A DNA stretch of 64,000 nt, from contig NC_068981.1 in assembly GCF_001194135.2 (NCBI RefSeq), forward strand, positions 168,168,791 through 168,232,790, given 5' to 3'. The stretch's first letter is position 1; each line of letters opens with the position of its first letter. The stretch is from Octopus bimaculoides. Lineage: Eukaryota. A program made the position numbers and the translations under genes. Under the pieces are notes generated by a model. It was not told the DNA's origin. It ran no database searches and saw only the letters and a list, made by a program, of their open reading frames with translations. Below, in pieces: positions 13,194-26,259 of this stretch.

Positions 13194-13392
13194 CGACGGG
13201 CTTCTTTCAGTTTCCGTCTACCAAATCCACTCACAAGGCTTTGGTCAGCCCGAGGCTATAGTAGAAGACACTTGCCCAAGGTACCACACAGTGGGACTGA
13301 ACCTGGAACCATGTGGTTAGTAAGCAAACTACTTACCACACAGCCACTCCTGCACCTATTGTGAAATTCCAGTTTCTTTTGGGTACCCCTCA
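12132..13392 (+). mobile_element. Degenerate mariner with TIRs and TA TSD, carrying a nested SINE (about 12960-13345)
   Basis: TA|CAAGGGGGTACCCAAAAGTAACTGGAAAT ... AATTCCAGTTTCTTTTTGGGTACCCCTCA|TA. The transposase N-terminus reads EQRASMKFCFLL..AAETVVMLQ..YKDAAMSKTQVYEWF. Confidence 0.85.
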
Positions 13393-15047
13393 TATATTTT
13401 GTTGCCATCCACTCCTAAATATTTAACATTCCTTTCAGCTTTCTAGGAAAATTTTCATCAGTATAATTTTCAAAATGTTTCTTAAAGGTACCACAGTTAT
13501 TAAATAATGTAACATACATTTTGAGTGTGGGTTATGTAGACTGAAGAAGAAAACATGATGAGATGATATGAACTCCCCACATAACAGCCAACATACCTTA
13601 TGCAGATTTTCATAATTTTCTGCTAACAGACTATGATAATTTGGTTTGTTCTCAATATTTATAACATGCGGGACCTGAGAATATTTCACAGAATTAATGG
13701 TAAACTTATTGGGTTATTTCTGAAAATTATATCCAAAAAATCTAAAAGTGTAGTCTGTGTTGTGTCTGTATCCAAAGATCGTTTCTCATCTGCTACTCGT
13801 TGAAATGGGAAGCAAATTGGAATACAATGATTACTTAATGCACTTTATATCTCTTTTACTCTTTTACTTGTTTCAGTCATTTGACTGCGGCCATGCTGGA
13901 GCACCGCCTTTAGTCAAGCAAATCAACCCCAGGACTTATTCTTTGTAAGCCTAGTACTTATTCTGTTGGTCACTTTTGCCGAACCGCTAAGTTATGGGGA
14001 CATAAACACACCAGCATCGGTTGTCAAGCGATGTTGGAGGGACAAACACAGACACACAAACATATACACACACACACACATATATATATATGTATGTATA
14101 TACATATATAAGACGGTCTTCTTTCAGTTTCCGTCTACCAAATTCACTCACAAGGCTTTGGTCGGCCCGAGGCTATAGTAGACGACACTTGCACAAGGTG
14201 CCACACAGTGGGACTGAACCGGAGACCATGTGGTTGCTAAGCAAGATACTTACCACACAGCCACTCCTGTGCCTATATATATACACTTTATATACTTTAT
14301 GCACAATTTTATAGACTTAATACACAGCACTCTCCCTCTTTCTCTCTCTCATTCTTCGCCTTACACTCTCTTTTCCTCTTTTCTTCGCTCGCCTTTCCCT
14401 TCAACTAATCACATGAATGCATAACAGACAGGATAAGTAACAGAGGACAAAAAAAAGCAATTACATATTTCACTCACCACCACCTCTCTCCCTCCCCCAT
14501 CCCTCCCTTCAACTAATCATGTTGAAGCCTTACAGACAGGCTAAGTAACAGAGAAACAAGCAGAATTATTATAAGATTAGTAACAAATACTTTTGCCTAG
14601 TGGACTTATGCTCATCAGTCTCTCCCTTGCCTAGAACACTCAGTATCCCATTCATGATAAAGCTACATTAGACCCAGTGTAATTTTCTGATATCTTTAAA
14701 ATAAAGAAGAGAAAAAACAGCAGGTTTTATACATCAGCAAATACATCAGAGCATAAATATTGCTATACTGCATGCATACGTCATCATCATCATCGTTTAA
14801 TGACTGTTTTCCATGCTGGCATGGGTTGGACGGTTCGACTGAGGTCTGGGAAGCCAGGATGCTGCACCAGACCCCAATCTGATCTGGCAGTGTTTCTACA
14901 GCTGGATGCCCTTCTTAACGCCAACCACTCCGAGGGTGTCGTGGGTGCTTTTTACATGCCACCAGCACAAGGGACCAGAGGAGCTGGCATCGACCACAAT
15001 CGGATGGTGCTTTGTACATGCCACCGGCATGGAAGCCAGTCAAGGCG

Positions 15048-15108
<61 letters not shown>

Positions 15109-16168
15109 AGGTGGGGGAAGACTTCAAGATATTCATGTTTTAAACTCCCAAGTTTAACCATAGNNNNNNNNNNNNNNNNNNNNNNNNNNNNNNNNNNNNN
15201 NNNNNNNNNNNNNNNNNNNNNNNNNNNNNNNNNNNNNNNNNNNNNNNNNNNNNNNNNNNNNNNNNNNNNNNNNNNNNNNNNNNNNNNNNNNNNNNNNNNN
15301 NNNNNNNNNNNNNNNNNNNNNNNNNNNNNNNNNNNNNNNNNNNNNNNNNNNNNNNNNNNNNNNNNNNNNNNNNNNNNNNNNNNNNNNNNNNNNNNNNNNN
15401 NNNNNNNNNNNNNNNNNNNNNNNNNNNNNNNNNNNNNNNNNNNNNNNNNNNNNNNNNNNNNNNNNNNNNNNNNNNNNNNNNNNNNNNNNNNNNNNNNNNN
15501 NNNNNNNNNNNNNNNNNNNNNNNNNNNNNNNNNNNNNNNNNNNNNNNNNNNNNNNNNNNNNNNNNNNNNNNNNNNNNNNNNNNNNNNNNNNNNNNNNNNN
15601 NNNNNNNNNNNNNNNNNNNNNNNNNNNNNNNNNNNNNNNNNNNNNNNNNNNNNNNNNNNNNNNNNNNNNNNNNNNNNNNNNNNNNNNNNNNNNNNNNNNN
15701 NNNNNNNNNNNNNNNNNNNNNNNNNNNNNNNNNNNNNNNNNNNNNNNNNNNNNNNNNNNNNNNNNNNNNNNNNNNNNNNNNNNNNNNNNNNNNNNNNNNN
15801 NNNNNNNNNNNNNNNNNNNNNNNNNNNNNNNNNNNNNNNNNNNNNNNNNNNNNNNNNNNNNNNNNNNNNNNNNNNNNNNNNNNNNNNNNNNNNNNNNNNN
15901 NNNNNNNNNNNNNNNNNNNNNNNNNNNNNNNNNNNNNNNNNNNNNNNNNNNNNNNNNNNNNNNNNNNNNNNNNNNNNNNNNNNNNNNNNNNNNNNNNNNN
16001 NNNNNNNNNNNNNNNNNNNNNNNNNNNNNNNNNNNNNNNNNNNNNNNNNNNNNNNNNNNNNNNNNNNNNNNNNNNNNNNNNNNNNNNNNNNNNNNNNNNN
16101 NNNNNNNNNNNNNNNNNNAGAAGTGGTGAAATGTGTATTGTGAGATACAAATAAGATAATTTATTTTT

Positions 16169-16346
16169 TTATTTTCAAATGCACAAGCACTGATAGAACA
16201 GCAGAGACAGGATAAAATATCCCTACAAAGCAGAAAAATATGTCAGCAACCAGCCATGAGACTGGTTGCTGACATATTTTTCTGCTTTGTAAGGGTATTT
16301 TATCCTGTCTCTGCTGGTCTATCAGCATTTGTGCATTTGAAAATAA
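16169..16346. repeat. 178-bp near-perfect hairpin palindrome (85-bp arms, 8-nt loop) in a DEF8 intron
   Basis: The arms are reverse complements with 6 mismatches. Confidence 0.92.
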
Positions 16347-16351
16347 ATTAT

Positions 16352-16391
<40 letters not shown>

Positions 16392-19300
16392 TATATATAC
16401 CTCTCAGGGAGGTTCAGCATGATACTGAATGTGACAAGGTTGGTCCTTTTTATTACAGGTACTACTCATTTTTGTCAGCTGAGTGAACTGGAGCAATGTG
16501 AAATAAAATGTCTTCTTCAGGGACACAACAGGCCACCAGGAATCAAACTCCTGGTCATAATATCAGGAGTTGTATACCCTAACAACCAAGCCACATGCCT
16601 TCATACACATACACATCATCATTTAATGTCTGCTTTCCATGCTGGCATGGGTTGAACGGTTTGACATGGTGCTAGCTTGGCAAAAGACTGCAGCAGGATT
16701 CACTGTCTGTTTTGGCATGATATATGCATATATAAATACACACACACACACACACAAATCGTTGATGTCATAATGATTTGAATGTGAAATAATTCTTTTT
16801 GGAACAGTGAATCTCAAAGTACACACATAATACTATAAATAATACCATGTGAATATTGGGGTGAAAACCCCTTTTGGATAGAAAAAAAATCAAAGGTTGG
16901 ATGTGGGACACAATCCCACATTTCTTGTAGACAAGACAGCCATTCTATTATATACATATATTTAAGAATTCTTCCTGTTTTCTCTTGACTGCTAAACTAC
17001 CAATGCTCCATGAAGAGAAAAAAACTGTTCCATGAATTTCTTCCAGACTGTAATTATCTCTATCTGCCATGAAATATCTCTCTTCGTGAAATACTTAAAT
17101 CAATAACAAGTCGTGAGTTATATTATGCTGAGGATTTCTAAAAAGAAGTCAATGGCACTAGAACACCAACTAGAAATAATTTTAAGAATTTCATAATGAT
17201 AATTAAAAAAAAAAACATTGTATATGTGAATTCTATGTATCTTTTGCCTAAGAATTCCTTAATTGCAAATTCAAATTTCTAACCCTGCCAAATATTATGA
17301 AGAAAGAATGAGCTCTATTGTTCTTTTGTAACAGAGGAAAAATGTATGAGAGAGAGAGAGAGAGAGAGAGTGTGTGTGTGTGTGTGTGCGTGCGTGCGTG
17401 CGTGTATATATATATATATATATATATACACATACATAGATCAGTTGCAGGACTCAACATGTAGGGCACCTGGATGGTCTGGATACAGAGCATACATTAC
17501 ATTGGAGCAACTCTTAGTTGTTGTTTATTGGTAGTATACTACAAGTCGGTATATAGTATGTATGTATACACACACACAGACACACACACAACTATCTATA
17601 TATAGGGGCTATAGTAGAAGACACTTGCCCAAGGTGTTGTGCAGTGGAATTGATCCCAAGACCATATGGTTGGGAAGCAAGTTTCTCAATCGCACAGCCA
17701 CACTTTTATCCTTTTAATCCATCTTTTATTTCCTTAAACTATAAAGCACATCATATCTGTCAACTATATTACAAAGAGGTAATTAAGCAATACCTTATTA
17801 AATGGCAAGACACCAAAAGAATTTTTTTAAACTCCTTGCACATGTTCAATATACTAGCATGATGTTTTCAAATGTGCTGACTTATACCATGGAATTTCCA
17901 TGGGTCTTATTATATATTTTATTTTATTGCTTCCTGATATAAATTTATTTCCTTCTTTACTTATTCACACACATGCCAGTGCCGCTGGACTGGCTCCTGT
18001 GCAGGTGGCATGTAAAAAACACCATTTTGAGTGTGGTCGTTACCAGTACCGTGTGACTGGCCCTCGTACTGGTGGCATGTAAAAGCACCCACTACACTCT
18101 CGGAGTGGTTGGCGTTAGGAAGGGCATCCAGCTATAGAAACTCTGCCAGATCAGATTGGAGCCTGGTGCAGCCATCCGGTTCAACAGTCCTCAGTCAAGT
18201 TGTCCAACCCATGCTAGCATGGAAAGCGGACGTTAAACAATGATGATGATGATGATGATGGTAAGTTTTAAACTTTTACTGATTTTTAACAAGTAACTAT
18301 TATAGTTCTATGCGAATGCCTCCTGTGTATGCATACATCATGCATGTGGGTGCCTGCATAATATGTGCATCTGTAGGCAAGTGCAAATAGGTGCACATCT
18401 CTCCATCTCTCACAGTGGAAGTGCATGCGTATATTACAGACCAATACATAAGCACAGATGTTTCCTTCAACTATTTCATTTATACATACACATCATCATC
18501 ATAATCCTCTCCACCATCATCACCACTGACCTCCACTGATTAAAGTAACATCTAAACAGAAAAAAAAAATCAAACACAACAATATTTCTCTGTGTGTGCG
18601 TGTGTGTGTTTGTTTGTCCATCTGTCTGACTGCATGCATGGGCAGGCGGGTGATGGCAGAGTGGGTGGAAGAGGTGGAATCAAAGCTTTCTGAACAGAAT
18701 TCCCTGCTTGAGAATTTGAGTACAAAAAAAAAAGAAAAAAAAAAAAAAATCATGGTATAAATATTTGACATGGTATAAATCATGGTATAAATATAGTAAT
18801 AATGTATGAGAGGTTAGTTGTACTTTTAGGCACAAGAACTAAACTCAACTATAGCTGCTACTACTTAAGTTACCAAATATAGCATACAAAAATCAACACT
18901 GGTCCAATTTATTTTACTTCAAATATATGAACCAATAACAACAAAGTAGTCTCTGCACAGTCATTTGATTTGCTAGAAATAGTAGCCACATTTAAATTTC
19001 GTCAAATCACAGCACAGTAACTTACTAAAAAAAAAAAGAAAAACAAAGGAAGGACACACTGAAAAATGTATTCTTAGATATACCAAAAAGACAGTATGGT
19101 TACAGATAGAATGCCTTTGATTCTAAATACTGCTTAGTCAGGGCTTTCCTGGGGTTGAACAACCACAATTTCATTACTATTTTCATACACCAAAGATAAA
19201 ATTTGAATTCCTATATACATCATCATCGTTTAACGTCTGCTTTCCATACTGGCATGGATTGGACGATTTGACTGAGGACTGGCAAGCCAGAAGGCTGCAC

Positions 19301-19899
19301 CAGGCTCCAATTTGATCTGGCAGAGTTTCTACAGCTGGATGCCCTTCCTAATGCCAACCACTCTGAGAGTGTAGTGGGTGCTTTTACATGCCACCAGCAC
19401 GAGATGTATAATATTACAAATTCAATCAATCTAGTTCCTAATCCAGAAGTCTACATCATCATCATCAGTTTCTGTCATTTCTATACTGCCAGGGACAGGA
19501 CATTTCAAAATGATCCAAATCAGCTCCTACCCAAAGTTATTATCCTAAATGGTTTTGGAGATCATGTCTAACTTGTACATTTCATTTGGCTTTGTTCCTG
19601 CAGCCAGATGCCCTTCCTAACACCAACCACTTTTCAGAGTGTAATGGATTATATATTTTGTGACAGCATCAGCACTAGAGAGGTTGTCATATCCTTCGCA
19701 AGACTAAATAGTCCTCTCTACCCTCACATTGTCATGGTGTCTCTTTTCAATCACAAACATCTCCCTTCACAAAGCATATTCAGTGTATTTTATCATGGTA
19801 GCAATATTAGAGAGTTGTTGCCATTGTTTCAAGTCAGACATGGCTGAGAGAATGAACGGTGTGACAATGAGACAAGAAAAAAAATTCAGTAACCAGAAA

Positions 19900-21130
19900 C
19901 ATGGAGTCAGTACAAGGTAATTAATTTTACACCGAAAAAGACGAAACAGAGAAGAATTCAATATTTTGGCCAATGGTCCTTCAAGAACAAGAGAGAGAAA
20001 AAGAAAAAGTGTTCTATGAAAAGCAGTGTTTACAATGACAACCACATGGTGAAATGAATAACAGGAGTAGGTAGTGCAGAATGGTGTTTTAAAGCCAAAA
20101 GAATAATCTATTGCCAAGGAAGAGGCATGGTGAGAGCTTCTTGCTAGGCAATAAAAATGTATGAGCATGTTACATATGCACGTATGCGTAAGGCAGTATT
20201 ACTAAAGAAAAACAAGGTAATTATTCATCCCAGTTGGGTGGGACATTTTACTGTTGGTGGAAAACAGGGGTAAAACACTACCACAGACAACGAAATGCAA
20301 CTTAGTATGACCGGAAAAATTGAAGTGATGGCCATAGATTGGAGCAAAATGGTGTTATGCCAGACATCTAAAAGGTACTCCCTAAAACAGCCCGCCAATC
20401 TCCAGCCAGTTCCTCAATGAACAGCAGGCCACAAAACCAGCATTAGGTTGCTTGTACTAGCAAGAAGATTCCACAAGAAATGTTCTTGATGGTACAAGCG
20501 AAACAGTTGGCAACATGGGAGGAAGAGTTAAGTCTGTGCAAAGTGGCGAAATTCTGGATGAAGAGACAAGTGTTGTAGCAGTAGTGAAAACAGGTAGAGC
20601 AAAGTGGAAATCAGTGAGTTTATAAAAGACAAAAGTGGAGCAGTTGGAGTGGCAAAAAAATTGAAATATCCAAGAAGTACCAGAGCTGATGGAGTTGTTG
20701 GGTGTGAAACCCAGGGCAGGGTGGAAGGAACTGGTGAAAGTAACAAGAAGTTCAGGTCTTCACAAGTAAGACAGGGTGATGGTATTTTTGTCAATGTAAC
20801 ACATCTGGAGTGGGTCCAGTGAAACTAAGGATAGATGACCAACAATATGGGCTAATATGACCAACAAATAGAGCAGTGTGAAGTAAAGATTTCAGGTGAA
20901 ACCTGCTGGTAGGTAGAAATCTCCAGGAAAGGAAAAGTTGGGAGTGAGGGTAAGTTCACCAAAGAAGAAGATAGTCATGGAGCTTAGTTCAAGTGTGTTG
21001 TGATGATCAAGGAAGTGTTTTAGGACTAGGAGATTGTTGTCATGGAGCAGCATGACATCCATGGTGAAAAAGTTGGTAGGGACTAGGGTGGACAAGAAGT
21101 TGAAGAGGTAGAGGGCATGGTTGGTGCTGT
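19900..21130 (-). mobile_element. Degenerate Penelope-like retroelement RT remnant
   Basis: Broken frames resembling TMDV..L...LKHFLD...ELTLTPNFSFPGDFYL, the PLE RT region, with many stops and frameshifts. Confidence 0.6.
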
Positions 21131-22295
21131 AGATGATTCACACATGTATGTACAAAACACACTCTCACACTTTATTTCCTTTGGCAGTAAAACGGTCGTT
21201 TGGCTGTAAAATAAACACCATTCCACTGTACTTATTTCCATTAAAGGCTTTCATTGTAAATGCTACTTTCTATGGAACTTTGTTATTTTCTGCTTGTAGT
21301 TGATGAACGACCACTCCAAAATGTTGAACTCTTCCCTGTTTCTTCCTCGCAGCATGTTTTCATTGTTTTTTATACTATTTTAGAAAAGAGTGAAGGAGTA
21401 GAAGGTAAAAAATTCATCTAAATCCATTAGTATCATAGTCCCAAGTTTAAAATATGATTCATTGTTCCTTCCATTTCCTTGAGTGAATGAACTCATGGAG
21501 TACAAAAATGCTGGCCAGTGTGACAATGAAGTTGTAGTTCATTGAACATTTTTCTGCTTAAATTATTTATTTTACTCCTTTTTCAGCAAAATGTTTTATC
21601 ATAAAAAAAAGTCAAGCAAAGAATGTCTAAAATTATTTGATTGCCATTCAGCAACTTAAGTCACAGCCGATGGCAACTTATCATTTTAACCATTTTTTTC
21701 TTTCAAGTTATTAATAAATAATAAAAACATTTGGTCATAGTGTGTGTGTGTGTGTACATGCAATGTTTTGTGCATAAATATGTGCACAAATCTGTGCATG
21801 GGTGCTTGCATGCATGTGCAGATATGGCTGAACAGCTAAGAAGTTTCCATTGCAACCATGAGGTATCTGGTTCTATTCTACCGTGCAACACTTTTGATAA
21901 GTTTCTTTCTTGCTTAGTCTTGGGTTGACACAAGGCTTACGAGTGAAATTCAGCAGATGGAAAGTGTGTGGAAATCCATCAGATTAATTACAGTTATGAA
22001 TTCAAAAAGCAATCCTTGTCACACATAACGTCATGTTAATTCTGACTATACATTACAAGATTACAGGCACATATACAGTACAACTTTTCTGTGGAATATT
22101 CAGCCACTTATAACACAACGAGTAGGTAATTCCATTAATTGAACAACTGGAATAGTCATCTTCAAAACCAATGAAGGATCCATTCACAGTGCACATGCAC
22201 ACGTGTGTGAATGTATGTGCGCATGTGTGTGTATATTTCAAAACAGGTATTGTAAATAATAATAATGAAAAAAAAAAAAGGTAATAATCACTCAC

Positions 22296-22688
22296 TTGTT
22301 GATTCTACTTCAGAGAAGTGGTCTTCTTCAAAGATAAATTCATTATTGAAAGGGTTAAATCGTTGCCGTACAGGCTTGTTTCTGTCACCAGTATGTACAC
22401 TGTTGCTACTTTCATCCATAGCTGGAGGCTTTATAGCTTTATTACCCACGTTGGGGCTTTGCCTATCTTGATTTAAGGCTGTATTACCACTGTCACCTTC
22501 AGATCTACATTCTGTCTTATACACATCATTGTTCTGTAGTTTCTCATCTGATGCTGAAAGTGGTAACTCTGCTTGCTGCTTATCCTCATCCTCACAAGTT
22601 ACACACACTTTACAATCACCGAGTTCACTCTTTTCGATATCATTTAAATTTTCTTTATTTTGAACATTCTCTTTTGCAGAGTCTAAAC
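22296..22688 (-). CDS. DEF8: DEF8 coding exon (393 nt, phase 1-1), ending ...VRQRFNPFNNEFIFEEDHFSEVEST
   Basis: Open frame. Acceptor ttaaaacag|GT and donor A|gtgagt. The NPFN motif resembles the N-terminus of vertebrate DEF8 as recalled (RQAHLNPFNK). Confidence 0.8.
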
Positions 22689-24539
22689 CTGTTTTAATGG
22701 GTACATAAACACAGAAATTTTATGTAATATATTATCATGATTATCTTAATTAAAATCATTATCATTATAATTATTATTTATTTGTTAGTTCTAAATAGCA
22801 TACGCAAATCAATCATGCCAAACAGTTTACTTGTGGTTCAAGAATATGTTAGTAAGATTTTTCCAAAGCAAACATTAAAAAAAAAAGTACAAGCTGCATA
22901 TGAAGATAAATGCAATAATCTTTTATTGATTTTCACTTGGAGAGTTCTGGCCATGCTGGGGTACTATCATGAATATAAAGAAAATTTCTTTAGTCTTTGC
23001 AGAAATTTTTATCCTTTATGAAGGATGTTAAACAGTTTTAGTAGAGCTTAGTTTTTCGCAAAAGCTAAAATCATTTTACTTTAAAATTGTCAAATATGCT
23101 GGGGGAGGAATCCAAATTCAGCATGCTATGTCTTCAGATATTTGATAGATCTCAGTTTTCTGAAATTTTAAGTGTTTATGATATACAGAAAGGAAGCAGC
23201 CAGGTTTAAAGCTATGTAAGATAGATTTGTTTAAACATATTTAATACTTGGTTTGAGAGTACATGCACCATGTCACTGCATTTTGTAAGAAGTATCAGTA
23301 AGAGTTGGCAATAGAAAGAATATATGATTGGAAAACACTGCTGGTATAGAAAAGCAGACATAAAACAATGAAGACATCAGAAAAGTAGTTAGAAATAAAT
23401 ATGCAGACTAAGAGGGAAAATGCAATTAGTCAATGAGTAACAGCATTTTCATGTAGATAGCAAGCACAAGAGGCAACCCTGGACATATCTCAGTCCTGTT
23501 CTGAATTGAATAGTCAAGTATATATATTTCTCTGTACTTGCCAAAGTAAATGTAAGAAGATTGTATATTTGTTGGCACAATATAATAGAACTGCTTAAAA
23601 AAAAAATTAAAAGACAATATCCACATGAAAAACAATCAGTAAGTTAGCACTAACATATTTAATGCATAAAGTATTATAAAATTAACAAGAAACAATTATC
23701 TTGAGGATGGCTGTGAAGAAATGGAGTTTGCTTCACAACCATATAGTTTTGAGTTCTATCTCACTGTGCAGCAACTTGAATGAATGACTTGGGCTGATCA
23801 ATGCCTTATGAGTCAAATTAGTACACAAAAACCGTATGGAAGCCAGTTGTGTATGTGGGTGGGTGTGTGCATGTAAATGATTACGTTCTATGTCTTCACA
23901 TGAAGCCATTTTGGGAAGAACAGTGATGCTATATTGACATACACTGCTAACAAATCTTCCTCCAACTCTGCACTTTCAAAGAAACCCAAAATGAAGAATC
24001 TCTTACTCAAAAAACAGATATGAGTTAGAAGTAGGAAGAGCATTTGTCTGTACAGTAAAGCCTCAACAATAAGTATACAACCTACCCATACTAGCATGGA
24101 AAAACAGATATCAGAAGACTGAATGAATAAAAGGATATTGGTCATTGGTTAATATTTTTACATTTCCCTGATAAACACAGGAAACATTCACCATTTTTGC
24201 TGAACTAGTGATGAATGAATTGCTGAATGATGTGCAAGAATGTACATCTGCTGATGCAGGAAAACAGAATTGCATAGAAATTAACCCTTTAGCATTCAGA
24301 TTACTCTGTCTAATGTAATGCTTATTTATTCACATTGTTTTGAATTAATTATGCATTATCTCACAGGTTTGAGATTTCGAGAATATGCTTCTTATATTTA
24401 GAATGACATTGCAGAGCAGGAGTGACAGACCAGATCTGACCGATTGGAACATAAAACAGATAGATTATTTGAGCTGGATATGGCTGGTTTAAATATTAAA
24501 GGGTCAAATACTTTAAGTTGGGAAATGGAAGAAAAGACA

Positions 24540-24930
24540 AGGTGGCTGTGTGGTAAGTAGCTTGCTTACCAACCACATGGTTCTGGGTTCAGTCCCACTG
24601 CATGGTACCTTGGGCAAGTGTCTTCTACTATAGCTTCAGGCCGACCAAAGCCTTGTAAGTGGATTTGGTAGACGGAAACTGAAAGAAGCCTATCATATAT
24701 ATGTATATATATGTGTGTGTGCGTGTGTTTGCCCCCCCCCCCACACACACACACACACACAACATCGCTTGACAACCAATGCTGTCCCCATAACTTAACA
24801 GTTCGGCAAAAGAGACCGATAGAATAAGTACTAGGCTTACAAAGAATAAGTCCTAGGGTCAATTTCCTCGACTAAAGGCAGTGCTCCAGCATGGCCACAG
24901 TCAAATAACTGAAACAAGTAAAAGAATACA
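24540..24930 (+). mobile_element. Abundant tRNA-headed SINE with an internal (TG/TA)n microsatellite. About 15 copies, e.g. 4130-4290, 10775-10963, 12960-13345, 13855-14275, 33050-33316, 35215-35790, 39140-39390, 42030-42570, 61820-62160
   Basis: GGCTGTGTGGTAAG...GGTTCAGTCCCAC head, CCTTGGGCAAGTGTCTT CORE-like segment, and tail GCTCCAGCATGGCC(A/G)CAGTC..TGAAACAAGTAAAAGA. Confidence 0.9.
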
Positions 24931-25029
24931 GAAAGAATACAGTCTGTTTCATCCTAACTTGTTTAATGTAATTTAATAAACACTTAAAAAGCAATACAAG
25001 TGGCTGAAGTGGAGTTTGTCTGAAGTATT

Positions 25030-25290
25030 TCTCTAGTAACATTACTCAACAGGGTGCATAACTTAGAGATCAGGGAGTTTCTCCAGCTCTGGTTCTACGG
25101 ATATGTGATTAGAATGTCACTGGAAATAATCACATGGTGGACTTGACAAGCTGAGTTAGCCAGCAGGAGACTGAGGGGTAGACCAAGAACCAAATGGCTG
25201 GATAATATTCACAATCTCAATTGGTCATACTCAAGAATCCAACCAGAAAGTTTGATGGTTGCTTCTGATATGGTTCTATGGAGGAGGTGC
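25030..25290 (+). mobile_element. Degenerate LINE (RTE-like) C-terminal fragment
   Basis: LQLWFYGYVIRM...RRLRGRPRTKWLDNI-like translation. Confidence 0.55.
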
Positions 25291-26259
25291 CTGAGGACTC
25301 TGCCCCAACAATCCTCCCAGAAATAGTTGGCAGAGAAGATGAATAGACAGACAAAAGGCATGGGACCATAAATAGTTGAGTCACTTATGTATTGGACCAT
25401 CAACCAATAAATCAGTAGTTCATATCTTATCACCAGCACTACATTATGGGAGTATGACCAAGGATACTTAACTCTCAACAGCTGTTTGCCTAATTGATTG
25501 CAGCAAGCAGGAGTAACAGTGTGCAACTGAAAAGTATTTTGCTATGCCTTGTTCCATGTATTCTACAAGAAAAACTCCCAGCATCAGGCCAGTGTCCTTT
25601 CCTGGAGAAGATTTATCTCTCATTGTCTACTTAATGCTATAATAACTGGAGGTAAGCACCAGTCTTAGGAATATTTGTGATATGGAGAGGAGTAGATAGA
25701 GAGAGAATAAATACATGGCTGAGGAAACATTTAAGGGCACTGACCAAGTGGTCTTGGCTTACAGATGAATTATAAGAAATATTATCAACAGGTGTGACAA
25801 AGACTATCTTCATTGTAAGAACTCAGCACATTTTATACAAGCTTTGGCACATATAATGTTAATGTAATGTTTTCACTAGATTTCACAAAAAAAGATTATG
25901 CATCAATGACTTTACTCAAACTTTTCTCATGAGAAACAGCTTTGTGTCAATGGTTTCATTTGATCTTTGGCCTTTTGGAATCAGAGAGCTATGTATAAGT
26001 AACTAAACTAGGCTTTCCTGATCAGAGAAAGCTATGTATCAAAGACATCACTTGACCTTTCTTGATGGGAGAGGGGGCAATGTGCCAACATGCACATTGC
26101 TCTCTCTCAAGAGCAATGTGGTTAATTCTGCTGAACGTTTCCTAGTTGATCTTGTGCCTAACGAACCGAGGCAATGTAGAATAAAGTGTTCTGTTTAGAA
26201 ACAAAGAAGCATCAGATTTGAACTCACAATCTAAGAGGAGATAGATTAATAAATAACAG

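Noticed and set aside
14394-14566. Approximately 65-bp diverged direct repeat (CCCTTCAACTAATCA...ACAGACAGG.TAAGTAACAGAG); also 3x CATGGTATAAAT at about 18761-18793
   Set aside because: Small local duplications with no further structure.
10855-16150. Long ORFs in the ORF track (e.g. 447 aa at 14800, 232 aa at 10855; also 33161, 39134, 44868)
   Set aside because: They run through N-gaps and microsatellites, so they are artifacts.
18620-18720. Possible DEF8 exon (REFCSESFDSTSSTHSAITRLP)
   Set aside because: The available acceptors give phase 2 rather than the required phase 1, and the donor is weak.
22053-22200. Protein-like stretch GSFIGFEDDYSSCSINGITY just downstream of the 393-nt exon
   Set aside because: No AG acceptor lies between it and the upstream donor.
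24540-24620. tRNA-like A/B boxes
   Set aside because: These are SINE heads. There is no complete cloverleaf, so no tRNA gene was called.
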